Positions 16,405 to 25,400 of a DNA stretch of 36,760 bases are shown in pieces (within the stretch, counting starts at the first letter, position 1; the number at the start of each line of letters is the position of its first letter). This stretch comes from a virus (lineage: Duplodnaviria > Caudoviricetes). The notes under the pieces are model-generated. The model was not told the DNA's origin, searched no databases, and worked only from the letters and a program-made list of their open reading frames with translations. Both the position numbers and the translations under genes were made by a program. The stretch spans positions 1-36,760 of the IMG/VR virus record IMGVR_UViG_3300036805_000152; one strand, given 5' to 3'.

Positions 16405-18762
16405 ATGAAACGACTTCTCTTACTCGCACTGGCGGGCGTGGCGGCTTTTGCCCAAAACGCGGCTTTGATGCCGATGCCGAAGCTCCAGTTCTTCGACGGG
16501 AACGGCGTCCCACTCGCGGGCGGCTCCATCTACACCTACGCGGCGGGCACCAACAACCCGCTGGCGACCTTCACGGATTCAACCGGGGGCACCCCGAACC
16601 AGAACCCGGTTCCACTCGATTCAGCGGGACGCGCATCCATCTGGATTGGCAGCAGCTCCTACAAGGTCATCGCGCAGGATCAGTACGGCGTGATCCAGTG
16701 GACGCAAGACAACGTATCGAGCACTGCAATTGCTACCGGCGTGAGTCTCACGTCTAACGGCGCATCGCTGATCAAGTGGACCGCCCCTAACGGCACGGCG
16801 CGGACCGTCGCGGCCAAGCTTGGGGATTACATCTCTTTGCTCGATTACGGGGCACTCTGCGATGGCGTCACCGATGACACTGCGGCGTTCCAGCGGGCGC
16901 TCGCGGCCGCGCAAGCGGCGGGAAAACCGCTGTACACCCCGGATGGCTTGACCTGTCTGATCGGGCCAACGACTACCAGCGGCAATCTGTTCTTGCGAGG
17001 CTTCGGAACGCTGAAGCTCTACAGCACTTCGATTTATCCGAGCAACTTCGCGCTCCTCACGGTCAACGGCGGAACCGTCAACGTGGCTGATGTGACCTTC
17101 GACCAGAACATGACTTCCGGCACCGCGACGGGAAGCTGGACGGACGGCACGGAACCCGTGGCGACCAACGGCTACTTTTACTTGCGGGTGAATAACTCCA
17201 CGAACGTCGAACTGGGCGATGTGGTGTTCCAGAACATGAAGCGCGGCGTGCTGCTCAATAGTTCGTCGCACGTGTCCATTCATGACTGCACCGGCATGTT
17301 GCAGGGCAGTGCGACCACCAACCTGATTGCGCTCGACAACGTAACCGATATCGAGATGCACGCGAACCGCTTTTACGGTGACACCTGGGACGTGAACCCC
17401 ACGACCTACTCGGTTAACGGGCTTCTCGGCTGGAACGTGAACAGCGGCCATATCTCGGGCAATATCTGGAAGGGCTTTCAGATCGTGCTGCGCAGCGTGA
17501 ACCCTTATGTGCTGCCAGCGGGCCAAGCCACAGACCTGACGTTCTCGGACAACGTTGTGGACACCCCCGTGGCGGACACGGCGCTTGTGGGCTTTTACAA
17601 AGTCGTCGCGATCGGCAACCGCATCCGGCAATCGGGCGATATGGGTCTGACTTTCGACAATTCCAGTTATGTGACCTCGGGCAACAACTTCATCGAATCT
17701 CCGCACACCGGCTGCATGAACATCTCGGGTGCTGTCAGCGTCACGGCCACCGGCAATATCTGCAGGAATCCGGCAAGAGCTTACGCGCAGTGGAATGCGA
17801 TTCGTGCTCCAAGCTTTGGCGGTTCGTGGATGTCTTGTATGACGGTCAGCTTGAACACGGGTGCGCTCGGCGTTTCGAGTGGCGTCACCATCACCGGCAA
17901 TTCCTGCTGGATGGATGTGCTGCCTCCTGTCACCGATGGCCTTGGCCAAGTGCGCAGCAGAGTGGGCGGGATCATGGTGGATCCCACCACGTCTACACCC
18001 TCGCAGGTAGTCATTTCAAACAACTTCGTTTACGCGGATGAGACGAATATGCCGAATTTTTTCATTGCGGCTCCCACGGCGGCCATCACGTACTCAGCCG
18101 TCACCGGCACCCCACGGGCGGGCGAACTGTTCAAGAGCACGGCGGGTAACCAGTTCCGTCTCGTAACAGCAGTTAACAATTTCATCTGGATGCGCGACTA
18201 TATCGGCTTCCCGCTCGGCAACGAGGTTTACACCGGCCAGTCGAGCAGCGCGACATTGACGATTGCGGCGGCCATTCAACCCGGCTTCCAGGGTGTGTAC
18301 TTCGACCACCAGAACCATGACTACATAACGGCTGCCGTAGACAGCTACCGGGGCAGCAACGTTTTGGTTCCGAATGCGTTCAACACGGCGGCTCCCACCG
18401 TTGCGTTCGGTGACCCGAACACGGGAATTTCCAGCGAGAGTTCCGGCGCGCTCGACTTCTGGACGAAGACCAGGGGCGGCACGATCAAGCTCTGGGGCAA
18501 TGTGATCGACCGCGCTAGCGGTGCTGGATACGGCGGCGGCGGTTCGCTGCATGATCTCGCGTTCGATGCGCCCAAGGGCGGAAGCTGGTACTACCTTCGG
18601 GGAATATCGAGCTATCTGGGAAGCCAGTCAATTGATTTCTGGTTCGACTCGAACGGTGTGCTGAGTATGCCTGCCCTCAAGTCCAACACGGGTGTGCGGT
18701 ACGCATGTTTCGACACTACGGGCAAACTGGTTTCGCAAACGTCCGCTTGCTCGGGAACCTAA
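16405..18762 (+). CDS. Tailspike/depolymerase (right-handed beta-helix) with N-terminal signal peptide
   Basis: PKLQFFDGNGVPLAGGSIYTYAAGT anchor-type domain; LDYGALCDGVTDDTAAFQRA pectate-lyase-3-like start; Asn/Gly-rich rungs; MKRLLLLALAGVAAFA|Q leader. Confidence 0.85.
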   Translation: MKRLLLLALAGVAAFAQNAALMPMPKLQFFDGNGVPLAGGSIYTYAAGTNNPLATFTDSTGGTPNQNPVPLDSAGRASIWIGSSSYKVIAQDQYGVIQWTQDNVSSTAIATGVSLTSNGASLIKWTAPNGTARTVAAKLGDYISLLDYGALCDGVTDDTAAFQRALAAAQAAGKPLYTPDGLTCLIGPTTTSGNLFLRGFGTLKLYSTSIYPSNFALLTVNGGTVNVADVTFDQNMTSGTATGSWTDGTEPVATNGYFYLRVNNSTNVELGDVVFQNMKRGVLLNSSSHVSIHDCTGMLQGSATTNLIALDNVTDIEMHANRFYGDTWDVNPTTYSVNGLLGWNVNSGHISGNIWKGFQIVLRSVNPYVLPAGQATDLTFSDNVVDTPVADTALVGFYKVVAIGNRIRQSGDMGLTFDNSSYVTSGNNFIESPHTGCMNISGAVSVTATGNICRNPARAYAQWNAIRAPSFGGSWMSCMTVSLNTGALGVSSGVTITGNSCWMDVLPPVTDGLGQVRSRVGGIMVDPTTSTPSQVVISNNFVYADETNMPNFFIAAPTAAITYSAVTGTPRAGELFKSTAGNQFRLVTAVNNFIWMRDYIGFPLGNEVYTGQSSSATLTIAAAIQPGFQGVYFDHQNHDYITAAVDSYRGSNVLVPNAFNTAAPTVAFGDPNTGISSESSGALDFWTKTRGGTIKLWGNVIDRASGAGYGGGGSLHDLAFDAPKGGSWYYLRGISSYLGSQSIDFWFDSNGVLSMPALKSNTGVRYACFDTTGKLVSQTSACSGT

Positions 18763-18848
18763 TCCCGCGTTCGACGGCGGAACCCGGCGCGCAGGTACGC
18801 GATCAGCACCACGCTAAGCACCAGCCAACCTAAGATCCACCACCACAC
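18759..18848 (-). CDS. Possible 29-aa single-TM peptide
   Basis: GTG-WWWILGWLVLSVVLIAYLRAGFRRRTRD; start uncertain. Confidence 0.4.
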   Translation of the reverse strand: MWWWILGWLVLSVVLIAYLRAGFRRRTRD

Positions 18849-18909
18849 AACCAAACAATAACGCCCGCGCGTGACCAGGCTTTCTGGCACTCGCGGGCGC
18901 TTTTTGCGT

Positions 18910-19194
18910 TTATGGAAGACTTTCACTCGACCGAAGAAGACACCCTTTCGATTCCGGCGCTGAGCTGGCTCTCGAATTGAATGCTTGCACGATGACAACG
19001 GCCAGTTCTTTGACAGGGCGGGAAGGAGAATACCCGATAAGCGCTCCCCGTTCTAAGATCTGGTCACAGCGGCGAATGTCGATTTCCGGGCCGCCTTCTA
19101 AGAGTCCGTACATCTTGCAATCAGCTATGGCGCGAAGCCCCGCAGCAAGGTCCACGGCTTCCTGCCATTGCTTCGACCCGCGCGGATCTTTCAT
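18910..19194 (-). CDS. Hypothetical protein
   Basis: 94-aa ORF, ATGA overlap with upstream gene. Confidence 0.7.
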   Translation of the reverse strand: MKDPRGSKQWQEAVDLAAGLRAIADCKMYGLLEGGPEIDIRRCDQILERGALIGYSPSRPVKELAVVIVQAFNSRASSAPESKGCLLRSSESLP

Positions 19195-19784
19195 CCCCGG
19201 TACTCCTCAAGGCTGGCCCGATTGACCAGCAACCGGCCCTTCGGCCCCAGGTGATCGGCCACAATCTTCTCCTCCGTGATGGCGGCAAGCAGCGCGGGAC
19301 GCGGCAGACCGGAATAGCGGGCCGCCTGGCGCAGCGTCAGCCAGAGCTTCGTCCGCGCCTCTTCGAGTTTGACCCGGCTTTCCTCGTGAGCGGCCGTTTT
19401 TTCGGAGGCGGCGGCCAGCAGGCGAGTTGTTTCCTCCTGGGCGCGCTGACCCCGTTGCGCGAACTCCATGAAAGCCTGCCACCACACGTCTGCGTCTCTG
19501 GCCGGCACGATGCCATTCTCCCGACGCGGTTCCGGTTTTTTGTTGAGGATTCCGCTGTTTTTCACCCGTTCCAGGGATGCCAGCGAGATGACTCGAATGT
19601 CCGGACCACCGGAACGCGGCACTAGGCGAGATTCGACCTTTTCGCGTTCGATCAACCGATCCAGGGTGTTTTTTGAGGTTTTCAGGTACTGGAGGGCTTC
19701 GGGCTTGCGGACATAGCCCGGAGGGATCACATCGCTTTTTGGCGGCATAACCCCATGTTCTGAGGTTGTGACCCTACGGGGCAA
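19191..19784 (-). CDS. DNA-binding protein with two MerR/excisionase-type HTH domains
   Basis: KPEALQYLKTSKNTLDRLI and LTLRQAARYSGLPRPALLAAI separated by a helical linker; start may be ATG 19749 region. Confidence 0.7.
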   Translation of the reverse strand: MPRRVTTSEHGVMPPKSDVIPPGYVRKPEALQYLKTSKNTLDRLIEREKVESRLVPRSGGPDIRVISLASLERVKNSGILNKKPEPRRENGIVPARDADVWWQAFMEFAQRGQRAQEETTRLLAAASEKTAAHEESRVKLEEARTKLWLTLRQAARYSGLPRPALLAAITEEKIVADHLGPKGRLLVNRASLEEYRG

Positions 19785-20331
19785 CGGCTGGAGGTACTGG
19801 AGCGAGGGCGCGCAATTGTTCGGCGAGCGATTCGCACTCGGCCTTTACGTAGGGAAGGTCGCGATAGTGCTCCCGCATCCCAAGCCTATCGCGCATTTCC
19901 TCCACCATTTGCGGCCACTTGGGAATGTCAAGAAACGGCGACGACAACGGTTTCAGCTTCTTCATTCGGGCTTCCATCGCGGGCGCCAAATCGAAAGCAT
20001 GGGCGCACTCGAACCCAAGCCACCACACGTCGTCGGGCATTCCGGGTTCCGGAACGTGGCAGATGTGGCCCCGACACTTCGCGGAGTAGTTCACCCCGCC
20101 GTGGACTTCAAGATCGTCGATGGGGCTTCCTTCCGCGTCCCATTCCTGTCCATACAGCGGGTGCGCGCGATCGACGCCCACGTATGCGCAGAGGCTTCCA
20201 AAACTCGGATGACGGGTAATCAGGCACGCATAGCCCGCATGCTGCCACTGCACGCGATCGGGTTCAGTCTGCCAAGGGCCTTCACCCCAATCGCTTTTGT
20301 CGTACTGCAATTCAATCGGTTGCTCGCTCAT
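19774..20331 (-). CDS. Conserved phage hypothetical protein
   Basis: GGGAGGAG SD; LCAYVGV..HPLYG, VHGGVNY, WWLGFECAH motifs. Confidence 0.8.
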   Translation of the reverse strand: MSEQPIELQYDKSDWGEGPWQTEPDRVQWQHAGYACLITRHPSFGSLCAYVGVDRAHPLYGQEWDAEGSPIDDLEVHGGVNYSAKCRGHICHVPEPGMPDDVWWLGFECAHAFDLAPAMEARMKKLKPLSSPFLDIPKWPQMVEEMRDRLGMREHYRDLPYVKAECESLAEQLRALAPVPPAVAP

Positions 20332-20530
20332 CGTTCACTCCTCCCTGTTTCGCTAATAGTCCCAGTTTCAACCGTGCCCACGGGTAGCGCTCGATGACGA
20401 GCTGCGCGGCTTCGGCTGCCGTGTAGCCGCGCTCGCGCAGGAACAAGCCGTACAACCCGGCAGCCAGTTCGGGGCGGCGGCCATCCTCGGGATCGATCTC
20501 AGCGCGTTTCCGGTTCATTGCCACCACCAC
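20312..20530 (-). CDS. Hypothetical protein
   Basis: Fills operon slot, overlaps neighbours. Confidence 0.6.
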   Translation of the reverse strand: MVVAMNRKRAEIDPEDGRRPELAAGLYGLFLRERGYTAAEAAQLVIERYPWARLKLGLLAKQGGVNDERATD

Positions 20531-20774
20531 ACAGACGGGCGCGATCGGCCACGTAGCGCGCCACGTGCTCCTTCCACACTTTCAACCAGTCGCTATAGTC
20601 CCGGGCCTCGGTGTGAATCCACCGGATCAGCTCCTCAACTGGCACTTCGTTCTTGCGCGCAATCATGTGCAGTTCGCGCGCGATCGAATCGGCCAGCATG
20701 GGAGACGCATCAGGCCGTTCCTCACCAACGGCTGTGCGAACCCACCTGAGGGCGGCGGCTTCGGGCGAGATCAC
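20499..20774 (-). CDS. Hypothetical protein
   Basis: GTG 20774 with GGAGG SD and GTGA overlap. Confidence 0.65.
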   Translation of the reverse strand: MISPEAAALRWVRTAVGEERPDASPMLADSIARELHMIARKNEVPVEELIRWIHTEARDYSDWLKVWKEHVARYVADRARLCGGGNEPETR

Positions 20775-20929
20775 GGCTTCGCCTCCTCGGGCTTCCCGCT
20801 CACGATAAGGGGCGGCGCGCCCCATTCAAGCGCGATCACGCGGCCGCACGCGGGGCAGGTCGTTTCCCGCTCGTGGCTGCGGATCGTGGCGCCGCAAACG
20901 CAGGGGATTACGTATTCGGAGCGGTTCAT
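20771..20929 (-). CDS. 52-aa Zn-ribbon microprotein (not in ORF track)
   Basis: MNRSEYVIPCVCG...TCPACGRVI; ATGA and GTGA overlaps; AAAGGAG upstream. Confidence 0.72.
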   Translation of the reverse strand: MNRSEYVIPCVCGATIRSHERETTCPACGRVIALEWGAPPLIVSGKPEEAKP

Positions 20930-22170
20930 GCGTGGGCTCCTTTCGCGCGTCCGTCGAGTTGCGCGCGGAGTGCGTCGAGTTCGGCGTGGAAGTCGGATAG
21001 CTGCGGGTGCGTGGGCGGCATTTCGCGGACGAGATTTTCGAGGGTCGCGATTCGTGCGTCGAGCGTCGGCTCGGGCGGGGGCTGCAATGGCTGCTTACGG
21101 GTGAGGGGAAAACACTTCGGCACTACTTCGAGCAGGAAGCCAATCGGATTGAGGACGCGCTTGCGTCCGGCGTGCATGTTCGCGTCGCCCTTCTCGCGGA
21201 CTACCCCGGCGATCTCCTCGGCGGTCGCATCGGCATCCTTTGCCCGGCACTTGGCTAGGAGTTGACGGGCTGCGTCGTCGTCGGCTCTGCCGTAGCAGTC
21301 GAGTGCTTCGCGGACGGGTGCGATGTCGCCGCTCTCTGACGACGTTCTCTGTAAAACCTCTGAAGAACTAAATAAGGAGGCGGATTTCTGTGCAGATTTG
21401 ATTTCAGATCTGTACGGATCGGCTTTCAGATTTTGTACAGAATGGATCTGTACAGATATATCCGGGATGCTAACTACGGTCAACTGGACCGCTGACTGGC
21501 CCCGTTCTTCCCTCGGGCGGCCCCGCTTCTTGGCCGTCTCCGCAGACGCAAAACCGATCGATTTCAGATACTCATCCTCGACCCCCTGACCGGCGTCGCG
21601 GGCCGCTGCAATCGCGTCCGCTTCGAGCTTTTTGCGATAGGCCAAAACCCGTTTATACTCGCCCACCCTCTGCGCGCGCTCCGAATCCGGAAGTTGTTGA
21701 AAATAAAGACGGAGGGCTTCGTTTTTGATATCTGTACAGATATCGGCGATCTCGCCTTCGATATTTGTACAGATATCTGCCGCACGTTGGCGGACGGGGT
21801 TAGGCGCGTTCCCGTGAGGGCAGATTTTCCCGTCCGATTTGACATGGATCAGTCCCTTTTCGGCGGCTCGCTTTAGAGCATCGCGAGCGTTCGAAAGCTC
21901 CATCGCTAAGTCGGCTGCGACCTGTTTCACGTCGAGTTGGCCGCGCTCGTCATGCGCGTAGTAGGTGCGTGACTTCTTTACTGGCCCATGCTCGCCCTGT
22001 GGGTCCTTGTCGATCGTCCGCCAAAGCACCCAGGCGAGGATGCGAACCTCCTCGGGGAATCGATGATCGAGCAAGATTCGGTGGGAACGCGGCGCAATGG
22101 GATTGAAGCCGTCCTGATGGGGTGCACCCATCTGGCGCATTAGGGCGGTGAGTTTCGACGCGGCGCTCAT
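20926..22170 (-). CDS. Putative replication initiator (N-terminal winged HTH)
   Basis: VKQVAADLAMELSNARDALKRAAEKGLI wHTH; internal iterons; C-terminal NPIGFL motif; GAGGTG SD. Confidence 0.7.
   Translation of the reverse strand: MSAASKLTALMRQMGAPHQDGFNPIAPRSHRILLDHRFPEEVRILAWVLWRTIDKDPQGEHGPVKKSRTYYAHDERGQLDVKQVAADLAMELSNARDALKRAAEKGLIHVKSDGKICPHGNAPNPVRQRAADICTNIEGEIADICTDIKNEALRLYFQQLPDSERAQRVGEYKRVLAYRKKLEADAIAAARDAGQGVEDEYLKSIGFASAETAKKRGRPREERGQSAVQLTVVSIPDISVQIHSVQNLKADPYRSEIKSAQKSASLFSSSEVLQRTSSESGDIAPVREALDCYGRADDDAARQLLAKCRAKDADATAEEIAGVVREKGDANMHAGRKRVLNPIGFLLEVVPKCFPLTRKQPLQPPPEPTLDARIATLENLVREMPPTHPQLSDFHAELDALRAQLDGRAKGAHA
21383..21778. promoter_or_regulatory. Probable replication origin: six palindromic iterons (ATCTGTACAGAT-like)
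   Basis: Cores at 21389, 21411, 21434, 21449, 21733, 21766; perfect 18-bp GATATCTGTACAGATATC at 21727-21744. Confidence 0.7.
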
Positions 22171-22642
22171 GCCCGCACCTCGCGAACGTGCGCCTGCAAA
22201 CGCAGGGCGGATTCTCCGGACACGGCAACGCGTGGGCGGAAATCAGATGTATCCCCATTTGCTGCTAGGGAGTAAGTGGTTTGTAACTTGACTAAGATCA
22301 CTTTTCGGTTCCAGTACTCACAAATGTGAAGAAAACTCGCCCCGTACGCAGCGTGCGGGCTAGTATGGACCGAAAACTTCCCGTAGAATAAAGGAAGCCT
22401 CCGATGTATCCCGCTTGGCCGCGTCAGTGGCCCGGTGTATTGCTAAATTGCGTTCTCGAAGCTTTTGAAACTTGGCGGTAACTGGGCTTTTGGAACGCGC
22501 TGGTTATGTCGGAGCAAGGATCCAGAGGGACAAAGCTTGGTCTACAATAGAGCTTTGTTCGACTTAGTCCTTGGGTAATATCCCCGTCGATCAGTCCTGC
22601 ATAAGTTAGTCCCCCTATTCATCGACATTTTTGATTGTAAGC

Positions 22643-22669
22643 GTTACTGTCCGAGTTTCGGACAGTAAC
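22643..22669. promoter_or_regulatory. 12-bp perfect inverted repeat (operator or hairpin)
   Basis: GTTACTGTCCGA-GTT-TCGGACAGTAAC next to a leftward TACAAT at 22634-22639. Confidence 0.5.
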
Positions 22670-22875
22670 CTTATTTCCCCAAGCGCGCCCTGGAGCGGAT
22701 TGGGACCGAACCCGAAGAGTACGCCGCCCACTCATTACGTGCAGGTATGGCGACCGCCGAAGCTGGCGCTTCCGTCATCGCGATTCAAATGCGCACGCGT
22801 CACCGGAATATTGAGTCTGTGATGCGCTACGTACGGCCTGCTCAGGCATTCCAGGGCGATCCGCTCGCGGGAGTT

Positions 22876-23289
22876 CTATAGCTCGAAAAATTTGATTTGT
22901 TCCGCACGTTCCGGCTCGCCGATCGGAAGCGGCCGCTGTTCCGCCATGCGCGGGTGCAGCTCGCGCCAGAGGGTGCGCCGGAACGGAAGAGACACGAACC
23001 CGAATCCGGGACGCAGAGTGAAGTGAACCCGCACGTGGCACGCGCGGCAAAGCGTAACGAGGTACTTTGCCCTGTTGTGGCCTGGTCTGCGATGATGCAC
23101 GACCAGGTTGCGCGGATCCGGTTCTCCGCAGAGCTGGCACTGACACCCATCGCGGCGCAGCACCAGTTCCCGTTGACCAGCGAAGTGCTCCCGGTTCAGA
23201 CGGGCGCGGCGGGCGCAGTAGCGACATTCCACGTCACCGCCGCACCCGCAGAGCAGGGCTATTTGCCCTTTTTGGCGCGCGTGCCCCAT
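22876..23289 (-). CDS. HNH endonuclease
   Basis: RRDGCQCQLCG...VVHH...N...LVTLCRACHVRVH; start set at ATG 23289. Confidence 0.85.
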   Translation of the reverse strand: MGHARQKGQIALLCGCGGDVECRYCARRARLNREHFAGQRELVLRRDGCQCQLCGEPDPRNLVVHHRRPGHNRAKYLVTLCRACHVRVHFTLRPGFGFVSLPFRRTLWRELHPRMAEQRPLPIGEPERAEQIKFFEL

Positions 23290-23432
23290 CTCGCCTGGTG
23301 CGCCTGCTTGCTGCGCTCCTTCATTTGTTTCGGGCTGAGCATTGCGAAGCCCTTGGGCACTTTCGCCTGTCCACCCATCCGGCCCGCTTCGGCGCACGTC
23401 ATCGAGTTATCTTTCGGTTTTGGTTTAGGCAT
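23259..23432 (-). CDS. 57-aa basic KGG-like protein (not in ORF track)
   Basis: MPKPKPKDNSMTCAEAGRMGG...LSPKQMKERSKQAHQARW; first gene of leftward operon. Confidence 0.72.
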   Translation of the reverse strand: MPKPKPKDNSMTCAEAGRMGGQAKVPKGFAMLSPKQMKERSKQAHQARWGTRAKKGK

Positions 23433-23484
23433 TTAGTAAGAGCTTATCGTACCTAAGCTAAAGATGGGGTATGTTGCTGTGTCT

Positions 23485-23513
23485 TTGCATGCAGTAAGCC
23501 TTTATGGTAAAGT
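23485..23513 (+). promoter_or_regulatory. Sigma70-type rightward early promoter
   Basis: TTGCAT-17 nt-TAAAGT with TG extension, in AT-rich divergent gap. Confidence 0.65.
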
Positions 23514-23539
23514 GCTAACTGTCCCTACTTGGGGCAGTG

Positions 23540-23581
23540 AAAAGGAAAAGGGAGTCAAGCGTTTAGGCGCGCTTGACTCCC
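23540..23581 (-). terminator. Minus-strand intrinsic terminator / leader hairpin
   Basis: GGGAGTCAAGCG...CGCTTGACTCCC 12-bp stem with AAAAGGAAAA on its left. Confidence 0.6.
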
Positions 23582-23655
23582 CGATGGGAAACACCAATGT
23601 CAATGTCAATGACCACACTGGGCGGCCCCACCGCACCAGCATATCGGAGGGCAGC

Positions 23656-24234
23656 GTGACGCAATCCGAAATCAAATTCGACCCCAATAAAGCGGTCCAT
23701 GTCCGTCTCGACCGCAACCCCGAAGAGGCGAAAGAAGCAAAGAGCACATTCAACGAATCCATCCGACACCGGCACAGTTGCAACCTCAACAAGAACTACT
23801 TCTATTTGTCGAGCACGGCGCAGAAGCAACTGCTTCGCACCCAAGCGCAAGCTGGCGACACGATCGAGATCGTCAAAAGCGTAGCGGGCGATTCAACCGC
23901 GTGGCAGATCAGCGTGATTGCTGAGTCCGAACGGATGCCAGCGGCCCCGGCCCCGGCCCCGGCCCCGGCCCCGGCCCCTGGCCCGCGCATGGTGGGACCC
24001 CGCACGCAAGGCGCTACGGCGCTTGCTCCTCAACCGGCACCCACACCTATCCACGTGGGCCAACTGAGCAACCAGGACCTACTCGCGCGCTTCTACGTGC
24101 TCAATGGGCGGGCTTTGGCACTCGCCCACAAGCAACTTATCGCGGAAGGGTTCGAGATCGAATCCTTTAATTGGGAGGATGTTCGCGCGGGCGGCATCAG
24201 CTTATTCATCGAGCACAACAGGGGGACCCGCTAA
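23656..24234 (+). CDS. Hypothetical early protein with Ala-Pro linker
   Basis: GTG 23656 with GGAGG SD; two domains joined by (CCGGCC)n. Confidence 0.7.
   Translation: MTQSEIKFDPNKAVHVRLDRNPEEAKEAKSTFNESIRHRHSCNLNKNYFYLSSTAQKQLLRTQAQAGDTIEIVKSVAGDSTAWQISVIAESERMPAAPAPAPAPAPAPGPRMVGPRTQGATALAPQPAPTPIHVGQLSNQDLLARFYVLNGRALALAHKQLIAEGFEIESFNWEDVRAGGISLFIEHNRGTR
23943..23984 (+). repeat. 6-bp microsatellite (GGCCCC)n encoding Ala-Pro
   Basis: About 7 units; shorter copy near 24942-24961. Confidence 0.9.
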
Positions 24235-24474
24235 ATGTCGCTCCTCATCTACCTGAAGCTCCAGAAGGCGCTCGCGGCCCGCGTGGTCTATCTCACCACG
24301 CGGCGCGACAAAGCGCGCGCAGACAAGCGCGGCTACTGGGAAAACGAACTGCAAGATATGGACACGGTGCTGCGCTGGTTCGACGCGCAGCAACCCACCG
24401 ATATCCTGCCAGTTGATCCGAGCGTATTGCTCGGCAACGTCATAGAAGCTCACTTTCCGGGGGTGACTCGATGA
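24235..24474 (+). CDS. Hypothetical protein
   Basis: Abuts upstream stop; ATGA overlap downstream. Confidence 0.7.
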   Translation: MSLLIYLKLQKALAARVVYLTTRRDKARADKRGYWENELQDMDTVLRWFDAQQPTDILPVDPSVLLGNVIEAHFPGVTR

Positions 24475-24671
24475 AGACACTCAACACCAAAGCATTCAAG
24501 GCGGCGAAGCGTCGGCTTCGACCCTTGGGGGTAAGGCTCTCGATTACGGATTGCGAGGAGTATCGCGTTTCGATTGGCCGCGAAGCCTCAGCGTATTACA
24601 CGACCGATCTAGGCGATGCAGTTGGCACCGCAGTCAAAATGATCCGGTGCGCCAAGGAGACCAGCAAGTGA
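24471..24671 (+). CDS. Hypothetical protein
   Basis: Coupled ORF; EYRV...AYYTTDLGDAVGTA. Confidence 0.72.
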   Translation: MKTLNTKAFKAAKRRLRPLGVRLSITDCEEYRVSIGREASAYYTTDLGDAVGTAVKMIRCAKETSK

Positions 24672-24871
24672 GTATCGAGCAACTGGCCCAACTATTCCGG
24701 GGCAAGGCAGTATCTGTGAACTTCGGCGATAGCCGTGTCGATTGCCATGTCTTACAGGTGAAGCAGTCGTACGGATGCGACCGGCTCTTTGTGCGTCCGA
24801 TCGCAGGAAGCGGTGCGACGTGGGTAGAGACTTCCAGCGTCCGAATCCAGGAGGAGAAGCAAAATGGCTAG
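24668..24871 (+). CDS. Hypothetical small beta protein
   Basis: GTG 24668 with AAGGAG SD and GTGA overlap. Confidence 0.7.
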   Translation: MSIEQLAQLFRGKAVSVNFGDSRVDCHVLQVKQSYGCDRLFVRPIAGSGATWVETSSVRIQEEKQNG

Positions 24872-25367
24872 TCCCGCACGTGTGCCTCATATCCCAATCC
24901 ACAAGTACGCGAACGTGCCGGCCTACACCCCGGTTGCGAAACCGGCCCCGGCCCCGGCCCCGAAAGCGGAGCGGGAACGCGAACAGCGGCAAGCCCGCAA
25001 GATCGACCAAGCGAATGATGTGCTGAATGCACTTAACGCACTGAGCGCCAGAATCAGCGTGCGTATCCGCGAACTCCAAAGACGGAAGGCGGCAGTTGAG
25101 GCACGCTACGAACGCATCGAGGACCGCATCATCTCGGAAATGCAAGACAACGGCTACGAGAAGTGCCACGGCGTGCGCATCGAGTTCGCGCTGCGGAACG
25201 CACCCGCAGCGCTGAAAGTTACGGATGAATCGCTGATACCGGACGACTTCAAGCGCGAGTCCCTCATTGTCAGTGTGGACAAGACAGCGGTTAAAAAGGC
25301 CCTTGTAAATGGCGCGGAAATTGACGGGTGTGAACTCACACAGAAAGTGACACTGGTACGGAAATGA
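24864..25367 (+). CDS. Siphovirus Gp157-family protein
   Basis: Coiled coil then DESLIPDDF...VDKTAVKKALVNGAEIDGCEL; GGAGGAG SD. Confidence 0.85.
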   Translation: MASPARVPHIPIHKYANVPAYTPVAKPAPAPAPKAEREREQRQARKIDQANDVLNALNALSARISVRIRELQRRKAAVEARYERIEDRIISEMQDNGYEKCHGVRIEFALRNAPAALKVTDESLIPDDFKRESLIVSVDKTAVKKALVNGAEIDGCELTQKVTLVRK

Positions 25368-25400
25368 GCAAAGTGCAAAAGGGAAGGCACTAAGCAATAT

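Noticed and set aside
16621-17949. 442-aa antisense ORF (also 3216-4124, 8069-9049 and similar)
   Set aside because: Shadow ORFs expected opposite GC3-rich genes
23464-23655. N-terminal extension of ORF 23464-24234
   Set aside because: Overlaps the promoter and hairpin; GTG 23656 has a clear GGAGG SD
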